This document shows, one piece after another, positions 1-14,100 of a stretch of DNA of 64,000 nucleotides. The DNA lies in assembly GCA_017499595.2 (NCBI GenBank), contig CM039001.1, positions 2,046,001 to 2,110,000 of the forward strand, read 5' to 3'. This DNA is from Psilocybe cubensis. Lineage: Eukaryota. Made by a program: the position numbers and the translations under genes. A model generated the notes under the pieces. The model saw nothing but the letters and a program-made list of their open reading frames with translations, ran no database searches and had not been told where the DNA came from. Position 1 is the stretch's first letter. Every line of letters starts with the position of its first letter.

Positions 1-82
1 CGGGTGTAGGAGGATCTGAGGCGTCCGGCGCTGGTGCTTTACGTTTTCCAGAGCCTGAGGCTCGTTGCACCGTCTGTGCCAT
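1..82 (-). CDS. 5' end of a hypothetical protein running off the window (MAQTVQRASGSGKRKAPAPDASDPPTP...)
   Basis: Minus-strand ATG at 82 with an open frame to the window edge, divergent from the gene at 290; too short to assign. Confidence 0.4.
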   Translation of the reverse strand, partial: MAQTVQRASGSGKRKAPAPDASDPPTP

Positions 83-289
83 GCAAAGAAGAGGTGGTTA
101 CCAGCACAGTGTGTCTATGTTACAGAAGAGAGTGTAGAAGTCAAGACAAGAAAGGCTTAGACAGGCACACTTGAACTTTGGGCCCGAAAAGGAAGTCAAA
201 GGGGACGTGATCGTGTGCATACAGGGTTGATCTCATTTAGACGCGCGACGATGTAGCTCGCTGCTCACCTCATACTATCATCTACCTCA

Positions 290-1916
290 ATGCCCACATC
301 TATCCCTGTCGTCACCGGATACTATCGCTACACCGATATATGGTTCGAATGGTGTGTCGACTTCCTTCTTTCAAGACTACTTTGGTGTCACTGACGTAGG
401 CCACTGATATCGCGCGTACCAGGCATCAAGCGCTGCCAGACATCGACGATAGAGCACCGGTCAAAGCAATCCTATGTACATACCAACACCCTTTGCTAAC
501 ACTTCAAGATCGACTTATCTTATTTCTTTCAAGCACATGATGCATTGGTTCATCCTGAACACCCTCTTCACGTCGAGGGGATTAACGGAATTCAAATGTA
601 TATAGGTATGCAATGAAGGCCTTGCTTGTTTCTGTTCTGATTCAGAAAAACCCAGGAACTTTTGCAACCGGAGAAGCGCGTCTCTTATTCTCATCTCGAC
701 AAGTTGATTATCTTCGATACTGGCTTCACGCCATGCAATTGACGAAAGGAATCGTTCCACTCCCATACTCTGACTGCCTTTTAACGGAATCCAACCTTGA
801 AACTGTATCACCTGTTGTGTATCCTGATGGTTTGTCCCTGCGCAATGCCCTCAAAGTAACTTTTCCAGTATATTCTTTGTCAATTAACCTATTTACCCGT
901 TAACAAGGTCATTGATAAGAACAATAAGCGTTTGAAAGGCTCAAACCCTCTCCTTACTCACCGACGCCATCTTTTTGAAAGAGTGCGCAATTTTTGGTCC
1001 GAAAAGAAAGGGGTTTGGTGTGCAATGGACTTTGAAGCTTGGGAACTCGATCACACAGTGTTGACAGAATTCGGATGGAGCCTTGCTGGTTGGAAAGATG
1101 GTAGCTTAGTTGAGGATCGTGGACATCTTATCGTCGAAGAAGCTCGGTCATATATCAACTCACAATACGTACCCGATCATCGATATGTAAGCTTATTGGT
1201 ACTCTTTCTTTACCGAATTCCTAAATATTTCAATACTTTTGGCAGGATTATACTTTTGGCACTAGCGAGACAGTTAAAAAGGCATTGTTCAAAAAACGTA
1301 TTCAATATTTGGTCAAGTCGCTAAACGAATATGGGCCTGTTTTCCTCGTATTCCACGATAATAGTCAAGACATCAAGTGAGCCTGTTACCACCTTTTTAA
1401 AACACTTTTGCTTATTCTTTTTTTTCCAAGGGACCTAAAGAAACTTGAAGTAGACCTGGAAGGCATGTCCTACATCATGCCCGACAGCATACCCGATAGC
1501 GGTATCTTTGTCATTGATACCTCTGATCTCATCGGGGCATTACTGGGTGAAGGCTCTGGTGAAAAAAGATCGCTCGACAAAACATGTAGCTTACTTCAAA
1601 TACCTACTCAATACTTGCACAACGCAGGTAATGATGCTCATGTGGGTGGCTGTATTTGTTTCAACATCTCATTTCCATCTGATTACTCTACACTAAGTAT
1701 ACTTTACTCTCCATGCAAGAAATGGCCAAGGGTGACCCCATCGATATTCAACGCGAGAAAAGATGGCCGAATCAAACCCCTGCTGGTGTGAAAGTCGAAC
1801 TTAAACCCTGGCAAGAGGATAGCGATTATTCCGACGAAGAGGGTGTAATTCCACCACCAGAAGGCTACAAGTTCGTAACAGACGAAGACGAGGCAAACAG
1901 TGTCCACGATCGATGA
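290..1916 (+). CDS. Gfd2/YDR514C-like (QIP-like) DEDDh exonuclease-domain protein, multi-exon
   Basis: ATG 290 (MPTSIPVVTGYYRYTDIWFEW); motifs CAMDFEAWE..LTEFGW, VIDTSDL and LHNAGNDAH across ORFs 613, 932, 1408 and 1713; GT-AG introns. Confidence 0.75.
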
Positions 1917-2293
1917 AGATGGAAATTAATTCGTGAAACCTGTTTTCTTTCATGTATCATAATGTGTCAGAGCGACGATGTAAAATACGATGTGTAAACA
2001 TTTTTATCTTTCTTGAGAAAATTTCATCAGAAAAATTTCACCTGAAACCATTCACATCTACACATAAAACTTACGAAGAACCAAGGTGTGAAATGGTTCG
2101 AAAAAAGGTTCGGGTAATAAGCGCATTGACCGGAACCGTCATTAATGTATTTATTGTTTTCATATTTAAAACATTAGTATACCCAGATAGTTTGTATGTT
2201 CAACTGTCAGTATTGCAGTTACTAGTAAATACCTGCAATTATATATAAAGGTCCCCATACATTCAATTCAAATGAGCGATTAGTGTTCCATGA

Positions 2294-4071
2294 TTAGTCC
2301 TCTTTCTCGTTGTCGTTGTCGTTTCCATCGTCTTCGTCATCAGATCTACTATCGTCTACTTCTTTGGATATAAGCCCCCTAGGTTGTGATATTCAGAGGA
2401 AATGGTATAAAGAGAATTACTTTTAGACTTACCTAATGAGAATTTTAGTCATGAGATAATACCAGAACAAATTCAGAAATTGAAGGATTAACAGTGGAAG
2501 GAAGATCTGCATCTTCATCCAGCCAGGCATGTATACACCTTCCGACCAGTCCCATTTCTTTGCGAATTCACTGAGAATGGGTTATCAGGTCGATATGTAA
2601 GGAACATTGATATCACAAACGTACGGAATACCAACTGGCTGCTCGAACCATACAGACCAGAGAATCCATAGGTTCAAATAATGCCGGAAATAACTACATG
2701 TATGCTTTCAGCGTTTAAAACACAGTTATATATGGGTAAATCCCACCTCCAGATGACAAAGAAGACACCGAAGGCATAAACCTTAGCCGTGTTCCATTGA
2801 ATATAATTCAATAATTTAGAGAACTAACACCCAAATTTGCGATTAGTTGACTACCAGAAGAATTGATAGATTACGTACCGCCAGGAATGTATCCGGGATG
2901 TCCATACTCATATAAACTGCATTTCCTATGTATGTTAAATTTACGAGATAGCTCCAACTGACATATTATATCAGATGTGCTCAAGACAAATGTACTCAAC
3001 ACGTACCCAACGAGCCAGAGAGTAACAAAGTGATGGGCGACCAGTTCTCCGTAATCCTTTCGCGGCTTTTCCAGTCCCAGCACAAGAACAATTAGCTGTT
3101 GCCACCAGTATGCGAACTGCATGAGATAGTATCGTTTTAGTTCGGGCTTCATGTCCCAGTTGGGGTAAGCTAAAAAGGTGTTGTGTTGGAAACAGCAATA
3201 GTCAATATTCAGAAGAGCTTACTATTCCAAAACTCTTGAGTGTTGTACCAGTACGTCGGAAGTTGTGACATGACGCGCTGGCAAGGCTAGAATGAGAGAC
3301 AAATACAACGAAAAGGGGCCATGTACATACGTATCCCCAGGCACCGAAGAACATGAAATAAAAAAGTGCGTATGCTTGTTCACTAAATCGGTCAATCTTC
3401 GCTTCGCGCCTGAGCCCAAAGTATTTGGCGGCAGGTCGCGATATTTTCAGGGACAAAGTTTCACGAACGAAAGAGAAGAAGACGACATAGTATCCCACAA
3501 ATGCTAAATCCCACCACGTCTTTTGATAACGCGGATCCTCAGGAGTCGATGTAGGGACGTAACCGGAGAGCAGGAAGATTTTGCTGAAGGGATTTGGGTA
3601 CCCTGTTTCGACACCGAAATAGGAGAGAAGTTCCCAATTGAGATAAAGTACGACAGGGATTAGTAGAAGCTTGAAAGAAATAGCTAGAAGAATCAAATTA
3701 ACGCGGGAAATGAGACTTTGGTTAACAACGTACCTGGATCAATGGCCCAGCGCACAAAAACGGACCGTTGGTCTCGTAGGGCGTTGAAGGCAGTAGAAAC
3801 CGCTGGAGAAGCAGCTCTCTCCGGTGTTGAAGCCCCGAGTGGTCTATGGTATGAATTGTCAAGAGCTTCAACGCATGTAAATTAAAACAAGTTAAGACAG
3901 ACGTTTGGGGAAGAAAAGAGCCTGTGAGGTGATGATTAGGGTCTCCTCTGCTCGAAAGGGTGTAAACGCAGAGAAATAAGTGGTGCAAATGGAAATGACG
4001 AACTCTATTCCGGGAATTGTAGCGCGCAGATGGGCTGCTTGTTTTTGAGCCTTGGATTGGCGAACAGACAT
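2294..4071 (-). CDS. LAG1: Ceramide synthase, LAG1/LAC1 family (TLC domain), multi-exon
   Basis: Lag1 motif EKPRKDYGELVAHHFVTLWL, KIDRFSEQ, and acidic C-terminus DDSRSDDEDD; LAG1 versus LAC1 is not resolved. Confidence 0.9.
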
Positions 4072-4243
4072 GGTATGAGTTGGAAGACTATTCGCGTGAA
4101 CAAATTTGTCTATGTTCAACACTTCAAACCGTCCTAGTCCGGTTGCAATTCCCTGACGCGTGCATGTGACACGTTAATGAACGTGACCATCACGATATTG
4201 GCGCGCTTGCTACTTCAAGCTTCAAGCTTGACACCCATCACTC

Positions 4244-6158
4244 ATGTTTGCAACTACAGGACTCTTTAGAAACTTGGCATGTCCAGAACGCGATACATGC
4301 ACAAGGCAAAATTGTTTATTCTCGCATTCGTCGGATGTGCCTCCACCGAAGCCTCTCGTCAAACAGGCGACTCCCGTTCCAACAACGATCCGTAGCTCAA
4401 CACCGTCAACGTCAGGAATATCATCCAAATTTTCATCCACTTCCGACCTACATGGCTCCAATCCACACGTTGTTCCAGCCAAACGCCCGGCACTTGCATC
4501 TCCTACAAAGATGATCCCAAATATTGCAGAACCTCCACGCAAACTCCAAAAGGTTGGCGTTGCGAAAATGCCTTTAGTACCTGTGGCCTCAAGTTCAGAG
4601 GTCGGTCTTGGGTATTTATTTCTTGAACTCCTCTAAAGTTACTGCAGTCTGGCATGCCAGTCTTGAGAATCAATGCTGCCCAGTCCTCGGTTGCAATTCC
4701 CGTCAGACAGGTTAGTCCCATGATGTTATCATGTATTTTTGTTGAGGACGGCACTTTAGACGATGTTGAAGACGTTGTACGAACACTTCGTGATACTATA
4801 TAAGTCTATACTTTCGACAAATCCCTCTTTGGCTTCAGAACATGCCCTAAGGCAAGAGGATGAGGTATATAAGAAGTCTACAAAATTGACATATCGTAAT
4901 GCATGTCTTTAATTTAACCTTCGACGAAGCGGGGTAATTGCTAACGATGTACAGGCTGTTATACAATGTGTAGCTGCCTTGAAGAGGAGAGAGGTCCCTA
5001 CCTCCATCTCACACCCATCTGTTGGTACAGAAGGCGATATTGTTTCCCGCGCAGAAGCACGTAAATCTTTAGAAAATCTCCAACTCACAGCCGACCGCCT
5101 CGAACCTTTCATACACACCACTGAGGAACTGAAGAGCTGGGGCTATTTTGTTGATATACCACCGGGGCCCGGAGGCGATCGGCCATCACAGGAAGGAAAG
5201 ATAGCGAAGTGCGAACGGTGTACTCAATATTTTCTTGTTAAACGTGCAGAAGAATCGGAACAATGTACATATCATTGGGGTAAGGCATATACGTCACGCG
5301 CAAATGGTGAGCTTCCCCAATTGCACGCAGTTTAGAGCCTTACCATTCTAACTTGGCTTAAGGGGAGAAGCAACGTACATACAGTTGCTGTTCCAGATCC
5401 GTGGTGGATAGTGAAGGCTGTTCACATGGACCTCACGTATTCTATGAATCGACAGCAGAAGAATTACATTCTCGCCATGCATTTTCATTTCTTCGTTCAC
5501 CAAAATCCGACAGCCCAAAACTTGACGTGGTAGCCCTGGATTGTGAAATGATCTATACCACTGGAGGAATGCGCGTCGCACGAGTGTCCATCGTTGATGG
5601 TTCTGGAAAGGAGATCTTTGACGAGTTTGTACGCATGGACGAAGGTGTAAACGTCATGTAAGTAACTCCTATCTCCCTGCCGTCTTTCTCAGGACCTTAT
5701 CGATTGCAGTGACTACAACACGAGATTCTCGGGGATTACGCCACAGAACTATGCCACAGCTTTACGCACTTTGTCTTCCATACGTGAAGCTTTGGATTTG
5801 TTAATTGATTCTAATACTATTCTTGTTGGCCATGCGCTCGACAACGATTTAAAAACATTGCGAATTATCCACCATAAATGTATCGACACTGCCCTACTCT
5901 TCCCACACAAGGCGGGGGCACCTTATCGCAGGTCACTCAAAGATTTGTGAGTGGTCTAATCAAGGTTTGCTTCTTATCAAACCTGAATTTTATGATCAAT
6001 GCAGGGTACGAGAAAAGCTAGGCAGATCTATCCAGATGGGAGATGCAAATGAAGGGCACTCATCGCTGGAAGATGCTAGTGCAACATTGGATCTTGTGCG
6101 GTGGTACATTCTCAATAAACAAAAATCAGCTGTACACTCTGGAGTTATTACAACATAA
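4244..6158 (+). CDS. REX3: RNA exonuclease 3-like DEDDh exonuclease, multi-exon
   Basis: N-terminal C-x5-C-x4-C-x3-H; CERC..CTYHWGK; VVALDCEMIYT, DYNTRFSGI, LVGHALDNDL, GHSSLEDA. Confidence 0.88.
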
Positions 6159-6277
6159 TACAACATAACCTGATGGTAAGAAAATGAGCTAGGTACAAAG
6201 ATTAAGGGAGATAAGGAAAGGTTTATCTCAGATTTAGATGCAGTGGTGTTTCTAATTCCTAAAAAAAGTTCTCGAGG

Positions 6278-7814
6278 TCAAAATAATATTACAGATACGA
6301 CTTGCGATGAATCAGTTGCTTCCAGAATGACGCCGTCATAACCATGCACTACGCAGAGGATTAAAAAGGATTATCGAAGACTAGTTCACTACTTACAATG
6401 GGTTGTTGAATGTGGAAGAATTAAATGTTCTTCATCGGCAGTCCTGTCCAAAGACATTGATGGAGGTGGCTCTCGGGGACTGAGAAAATGACTGATGGTT
6501 TCGAACTATATTATAACTGAGTAATGGGAAGTCAGATATAGCTTTATGATTCTTACGCGATCAAAGAAGCGCTTCCGTGGGGGAGTGTCTGTTATTGGTT
6601 ATCAAGAACTATTGACGAACCAAGTAGGATTTCAAATTACTCACCGTCTTCATCATCCTCTGGCATACCCTCTATTTCCCAGTTACATCTTTTGTACCTC
6701 TGAAACGTGGGCGAACCTGGCTTTCAAATGGCATCTGAAGTCAGCAAATTCACACAATACAGACATCAATATATATATACCACGTTACTGTGGAGAATTA
6801 TTTTCTTTACAACGTGGGACGTCTCGGATAATAGGAAGTCTATTCCATGCTGGAAATAATTGTAAAAGTCTGGAAAACTACCATGAGTGTGCAAAGAGAC
6901 GAGTATATCAAGATAGTTACAGCCAGTGCCGGTGTCCGAGTGAATCTTGGATGCAGCAGCATGAATCTTCAACCTTTCGTCATCCCTATAATGGAACCTC
7001 AGAGGAGGACCTAGGTCAAGCATAAGGTCTTGAGAAGTGGTTTCTCCGAGACGAATATGCAACGGTGTCGTGGTGGCTATAGGATGGAAATAGAGAGTAA
7101 CACCATCATGAACCTGATAGTTCCAATTGAGTGGTCTAGAGCCTAGCATCATGTCCTTCTCAAGACTTACCTTTACAACAGCTCTTTGAAGCTCTCCGGT
7201 CATTGAGGCGCACTCGTTTACTTCGTCAAGGGCATCTCCATCCTTTCCTTCAGGGAGAATTTGAGATATTACGATTCGCTTGACTTCCTGCATGCGATCT
7301 CCAGCTTGATTTATCTTCAAGCCCTCTGTTATTCTGTCATCGTCGAAGCTAAACCAAATTCCAGGGTACCGCAGTTCGTCTCCGGGATAAGTTGGTCCGA
7401 AAATCTTGCCGACCGTAACTCGTCGGAGTACTTCCTCCGGAGATGAAAGAATTGTGTCATTGTATTGCACAGTAACAGGGGGGTTTGGATCTCTGAGTTT
7501 ACGAATGCATATTGTGTGCAAACGTTGGTGTTTTCCTGAGAACAAAAGGTCAATGTGTGGGCGGATATGAACGATAATGGGGGTTGTCGCTGAGGCATCT
7601 GGGTCATATTTTATGTCTATTTGAGGATATACATGCTGATGCCGACGAATTGTATCAAGCAGTGTCCACAGTGACATCCCTTTATGAAGTAGGGGTAGCG
7701 ATTTTCGTGAGCACAGTTGGCAAGACAACTTCAAGTATGGAACACATAGCTACCAATCTCGAATATGCCAAATCCAAGGCCAGGGCGTAAGTCTACATTG
7801 AGGGCAGAGTACAT
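6278..7814 (-). CDS. UPF0183 / PHAF1-like protein, multi-exon
   Basis: Start MYSALNVDLRPGLGFGIFEIG; FGPTYPG, QDLMLDLGPP, FYNYFQHGIDFL, KKIILHSN are typical of UPF0183. Confidence 0.85.
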
Positions 7815-8082
7815 AGTGGATGTCCGGGGCAGTTAAGCACAATTCAATGGTAGTACCTGGTTAGTACTAGTAACTCAGGGGATGTTAGCCGCGTCGCCGG
7901 CGGAGTCTTACTTTGGTCAATCAGCTGCGGGACCATCGGCCCGTTTTTGACCCAGACACACTAAAGACTATGATTTTGCTTTGCCTTCATCTTGCTTGAA
8001 TGAATCACAACGAATCGAAACCTGGACATATAAGCAGAAAACACCCTCTATAACTGTATAGAGCGATAAAAACCAAATATAT

Positions 8083-8097
8083 ACGCGAAAAACGCGT
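8083..8097. promoter_or_regulatory. Tandem MCB/SCB-like G1/S elements (ACGCGAAA and ACGCGT)
   Basis: ACGCGAAAAACGCGT lies immediately upstream of the DPB2 ATG (8102); function is inferred from yeast MBF sites. Confidence 0.5.
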
Positions 8098-8101
8098 CAT
8101 T

Positions 8102-10296
8102 ATGGCCGATGACCGTCAAAGGACCATTATCAAAGTATGCTGGGATCTCTTCCTTTTTCTATAAGTCTCTAATCCTTCGTCAGATCTTCCGGAAGTTTAG
8201 CAACTCTCTTGGACCAGATGCTTTATTTGAAGTGGAAAGGATCATTGAGGATGCTGAAATAGAGGACGAAGAGATAGAATCAAGCATGGAGATGCTAGCT
8301 AAGGCGTACAATAAACAAGACGGTAAGTGGAATGGTTATTGTGGATGCCTCGATAAAATACAAGCGAAATAATAGATGCAACTATGAAAGTTTCTGTTGA
8401 AATTCTTAGGAGAGTGTACGAATCACTCAAAGACCAAGGCGACGGAACAAAAGCTGAAAAAGAATTGATTGACCCAGACAAGCATATCTTCTTCATTGAT
8501 GCCTTTGAAATGCCTCGGTGGATATGGTCAACAGAACGAGGTACCTTTGAAAGGTGTGTGTGCAATCATCTAACACGACGGCTCCTTACCGAGTTTGCCT
8601 AGACATTCCAGCCCATTGACCTCTGCAGGATCGCCAGAAACGAGAGTCGCGTCCATACGAGATAGGCTCAACATCATCAAGCAATGCGTCCTGAGAAACG
8701 AACATTTTGCTCCGTCAACCTTGCCTTCCCGAGACCGCGAAAGGCTCGTAACTGTAAGCGCCATTGTCATTAGAATCCGGTTACCTCTTATTAAACTATA
8801 TAGTTGAAATCCACTAAACAATTACTGGGACGCGCTGGCGAACGTTTTCTTCTGCTGGGGATGTTGACGTACAATAAAGAAGGTAAAATATGCTTGGAGG
8901 ATTTAGATGGCTTTGTGGTGCTTGATTTTTCGACCCTGGTTAGTTCTCCTGTACTTTTCAAACGTAAAATGCTGATCAAGTCGTAGGATGAGCCCGGGGA
9001 TGGATTGTTCAGTGAAGGGTGCTTTGCTCTGGTTGAAGGAGAATATACAGAAGATGCCACTTTAGAGATAATTGCAATAGGCCAACCGCCTTGTGAACCT
9101 CGTGAGGTTGCAAGGTATACCCGTTCCTGTCCTGTTAATATATCGAGTTTGGACACTAACCCAAGATCCGCGAAGGTCAATATACGGTCATATCGACTTT
9201 CTCGGAAAAGGTTCCACTTCATTACTCGAAGACGTAAGGACTTCGACATGTTGTTTTCATTCAGTGTGCTAACCTATCTGTTCGCAAGTCACAATTCAGA
9301 ATTCGTGTAAGGGAAGAAATACCGGAATTAAACTTCTTCTTCCTTTCAGATGTTTGGTTAGACCATCCACAGACGCTCCTCGGAATTCAAAAAATGTTCG
9401 ATAATTGCATTGAAAATGATTTCATTCCACAAGTTATCGTAATGTGTGGTAATTTCACAAGTAAATCAATCGCACATGGAAACGGAAGAGACGTTCAGAG
9501 ATATCAAGGTGATTGTTCTTCGCACTCTACACCATCTCTAACTTAGGTTTGTGGATCAAGATAATTTTGATTCATTAGCAGACTTAATTGCGGCATACCC
9601 ATCAATAACGCGAACTACCCACTTTGTTTTCGTTCCAGGACCGTTGGACATCACTGTAAATTCTACTCTGCCTCGGCGGCCTTTGCTATCTAGCTTTACC
9701 GGCCGGCTGAGAACAAAATTATCCAAAGTACATTTCGCAAGCAACCCATGTCGCATAAAGTTTTTTGACCAAGAGATCGTCATTTTCCGGGAAGATCTAA
9801 TGGCAAGGATGTTACGAAATGTCGTGGGCGTCAAACCGGAGGCAAAAAGTGAAGATTTGAAACGATTTGTGAGTGATAGTTCTTCATGAAGATTATTACC
9901 ATCTCTTACAGATATATAGTTGGTACAATCCATTCTCGATCAAAGTCATTTGAGCCCGTTTACTATCAATATTCAGCCCGTACTATCAGATTATGACCAC
10001 AGTCTTCGCTTATATCCACTACCAACCGCGGTAAGCGTATCATCTGGGTTATGATGGACAAATCAGCCTTACACTTTCTATAGCTTATCCTGGCCGATAA
10101 GTATGACAGTTATAAGGTGACTTATACTGGATGTCATGTCTTCAATCCTGGAAGTTTTATCGGGAAGTCTTTGACACTTTCTACGTATACCCCCGCTGAG
10201 GTTAACTCTGAGGAATGGTGCGTCAGATCGATTTGTGAGAGTTTTCCATTTATCTGAACTTATCGAAGTGTGCTTGCCCTGGACGATGAGGATTAA
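8102..10296 (+). CDS. DPB2: DNA polymerase epsilon subunit B, multi-exon
   Basis: [67 protein letters not shown]. Confidence 0.93.
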
Positions 10297-11127
10297 AAAT
10301 ATCTGACATTCGGAGAAGTCAAACAATCTCCCTGTCGTTTCAGTATGCTGCTTTGCGTGATTAATATGTAATCAATGTTTTTCATTCATGTATCTTAAAT
10401 CGTATATGTCTTGTATAAATTTCTACGTTTCGATAATTTTTTTGGTGCTTGTTGGATGTCATGAGTCTCAGCCAACAGGATGAGATGTCATCTTCCGGTA
10501 AATTTTTTTTTCGTAATTTAGAGGTTAGGCATGTGCCAGTAAACCCAGAAGTGCATAACTGATATTGAATTTACAATTTACAAACAGCAAACAAGACTAA
10601 GAGCATCATGAGCGTTTTGAAGTTGCATATCTACTGGTAATGCCCCTGCACAAGGCCAATAAAGTAATTAGCAATTGATCCGTGATTGAATATTGGTCTG
10701 TTTCAAATCAAGGGTTATGTCAAGTCACGTACACAGCACGTCCACAGAACCTTCCGCAAGGAACAACAAAACGCACCTACTACATCGGGCTTGGACTGTT
10801 CAATTAAGGCACCTGTTGGGTGCACCCAACGACCACAACAAACATTTGTCGCGTTCTTCAGGCTACACGATTGTCCAGTCATCATACTACTCTGGCCTGT
10901 CATTATACACTACCTTGTCTAGGTATTGCTGCTAACAGATACCCCGCATGTTCTTGCTGGGCTGGTGAATCAGTTGCATCGACTCGACGGACAGTGCTGG
11001 CCTACATCACCACGTAGTTAAGAACATAGCGAGGTTGTCTACATAAACAGTATGTAGCCTCTGTTTTGACCGTAGTGTTGTATCCTAACATTTATTAGTG
11101 TTTTTATCTCAAGTATTCCGTCCGGTC

Positions 11128-14100
11128 ATGGCGCTCTTGTCCTTACTCCTTCTAAGCACCCCCCATCTCTCATGGCCAACCTCTATTGCTGTTTGGTTCG
11201 TTAGGGTCGTCACATTCTCCCTCATTCTCCGCACGTATCTCATACCATGGCTTTTGGCCCACATGTCCGATCACATTCGTATACGAAGCATCAGTCTTCG
11301 GTCAATTCGTGGCATATACTTTCGAAAGGGTGCACGTACCTGGAGGATAGATCGTGTCAGTTATGTCTTTACGTCAGTACAGGGTTCTCGTCGTCTTGCT
11401 ATCAAAATAGATCGACCAAGCTTGCATATCGAGAAGGAGGATGAAAGCATCATAAAACCAAAACCCAAGAACCACCGACATACTCGCAATCTTACACTTG
11501 CAGACTTCAATCCATCTCCTCTTGCTCAGTATGCCTGGAAAGCTTTATCAGGAATGAAGAACATTCTGGAACCATATCTCCGCCCTCTCATTCGTACCTA
11601 TGTTATTGCGTGCATTCGCATTGCAATCCAATGGCTTCCTAAACTTACTCAGGCGCTCTCTTTTGATGTCCATTCTGTCGAGGTCACATTTGCTGAGGTT
11701 CCTGGGGCCAAACTCGTTGCCGAGGAAATCAATCTGAACGCTGCATTATTACTTACGTATTTAGAGCAACCTCCTCAACCAATAAAGACAAAGGAGTCCA
11801 GAACGCGCCCAGACAACTACCCTGCATATGGGATGGGAATCTTGAAAAGACGTATGGCGGAAAGCTTTCAAAGATCATTGGACAAGGCGTTGGGTGGAAC
11901 TCGCGGTACAGGGACTTTATCCCTCAAGATAAGCAATATTCTTGGAAGCATACCACGCTCGGAACATGGTATAATTAGTCGCCAAATTTGTTCGACAAAT
12001 TACTGATATATGTGTAGATTCCTTGAGTGTTTTGTTCCTCGTTTCCCCCGGTGTTATAGACCTAGGAATATCAGTCAAATTCAATCCCAGAGAAGGAGCT
12101 CTAGAAACCCAGGGTCTCCAGATATCTTTCAAAATGGGCGATTGCTCGGCAAAGGTTGATTTATTGAACCTTTTGCTAGAAAAAGTTCTACCAAAGAAGT
12201 CTCAGCAAGCGACGATTGTCCCATCCTTGTCGTCACCTATATCTGAATACGGTAGCACCGTTCTTGGGACACCTGTGAGTTCAACCGCTCACCGACCAAC
12301 GGCGTTACCTTCGCCGACACCGTCCTTTGCTTCATCCTTTTTTTCGCCTAAGTCTATGTTTTCTCCGTCTGGTCTAATGTCACCAAGACCGTCGCTGTTG
12401 TCTCCAAACTCTGCCCAATATCTCTCTCCCCGATCCCCAAAATCACCATCATCACCATTTTTTCAGGCTATATCAGTCAGTGTTCTTTCAGCATCTCAAT
12501 TACCGAATTGAACTCTTATATTATCTAGGCTTCTATGCGGCCCCGTCGTCGATTCCTTATTCAGTCACCGACAAAGTTGAAAGATTTCAGAGACAAGGTG
12601 GATTTTCTGATTGTCCTCCTGCAGAATTGGTTTTAATACTAGATGTAGTCGAAGTTATTGGTCTTGCACAGCATCCACATATCAATCGCTTCTATAGGTC
12701 TGTCGGTATTAAGTGAAGCAAAATCTGGTCCATATAAAGCCATGGTCAAGGACATTACAGCAAACATATCCATCAGTGACCCTTCGACCAACCTTTTTCA
12801 TAAAAAACATCTCGGATCACGCCGTATAAATGGTGGATATGATCCTGAAGCGTATTCACTCAATCTTAGCCTTCGTCAAATCACCCTTGAACGAGAATCA
12901 AGGCATCATACTGTGTCTCTCGCGAAGGGGGGGCATTTAAAGATACAAGTGCTGGCGTTTCAATGGCCTGCGCCATTCTTATCACCATCGCCATTTCTTG
13001 CGAATGATCCCAATGCCCCTTTTTTAGGGATAGACATCAATCTTTCGGACGCCCACCTATCCGACCGGATCCAAGACCTAAAACGATTGCTAGAATTTGT
13101 GCCTTCACCGCAACAACCTACCCAAACCAATTCTCCTGAAACAACACCCGTTCTATGCACCACATCTCAACCATTCTCTATTCCGCGACTCGTTCTCGAC
13201 GTCAATTGCGGACCAATCACTGGGCGGATTATTTATGACACCGATAACGGTGAGACACACCGAGCCATAGAACTGAGAAACAATGGTTTCGTTGTTTCTC
13301 TCGACACAAACTACAACCATCCTACACCCTCGATTTCACGGACATTTCCAGCGGCCAGTTCAGTGCAGGCTCTGTACTTCAAGGCCGGATTACTGTTACA
13401 TCTAGAACCGACGTTGGTCCGAGTAAGATCGCAACATTTTATGGGTGGTCATACTTCAAAATCGAGCACTTCTGATGAAGACTTCTTAGACGATCCTCCT
13501 TTGCTATCTGTTGGTATAATTGAAGTCAAAGCAGCAGCAAGTGCTATTGCCCAAATAGATGGAGCAACTAACTCGGTCCCCGTCATCGAAAAGGCATCCA
13601 CTATTGTGGAACTTTCTTCTGAACTCGAAACTATATCTATCGAGCTATGGCATCCTATATCAGTAGATGCTGCCCTTCAAGTCCTGTCGCTTATACCCCC
13701 AAGACGGCAATCTCAATCTCAGCGGCTGCAACGGCAAACTCGTTTTTCCAAGCTGCCTACAGGTTTATTTACAAGGCTTGCTATTGGACGTTTTGTCTTG
13801 TTCATCACCGGACCTGATATCAGCCCCGACGACACTATGGATCTATCAAGAGGATTTGCGCTACGGACCTCCCCTTCACTGGAATACTGCTCTTTGCGGC
13901 CGAACCAAGACCATTGGTTTGATAATCTTCGCAGGTCAAAGAAAAGAACTCTACTGCGGCTACCTTCTGAAACTCTAACCGACGCTCTTGTTGCCGCAAA
14001 AACCTTTTCTCTATTTGGAGAAAAATCTGGATTTCTCAAGGCAAAGATGAATAACTTCGTTCTTCGCGCAGCCGTTGCAACAACATATGAGCCAGACGAG

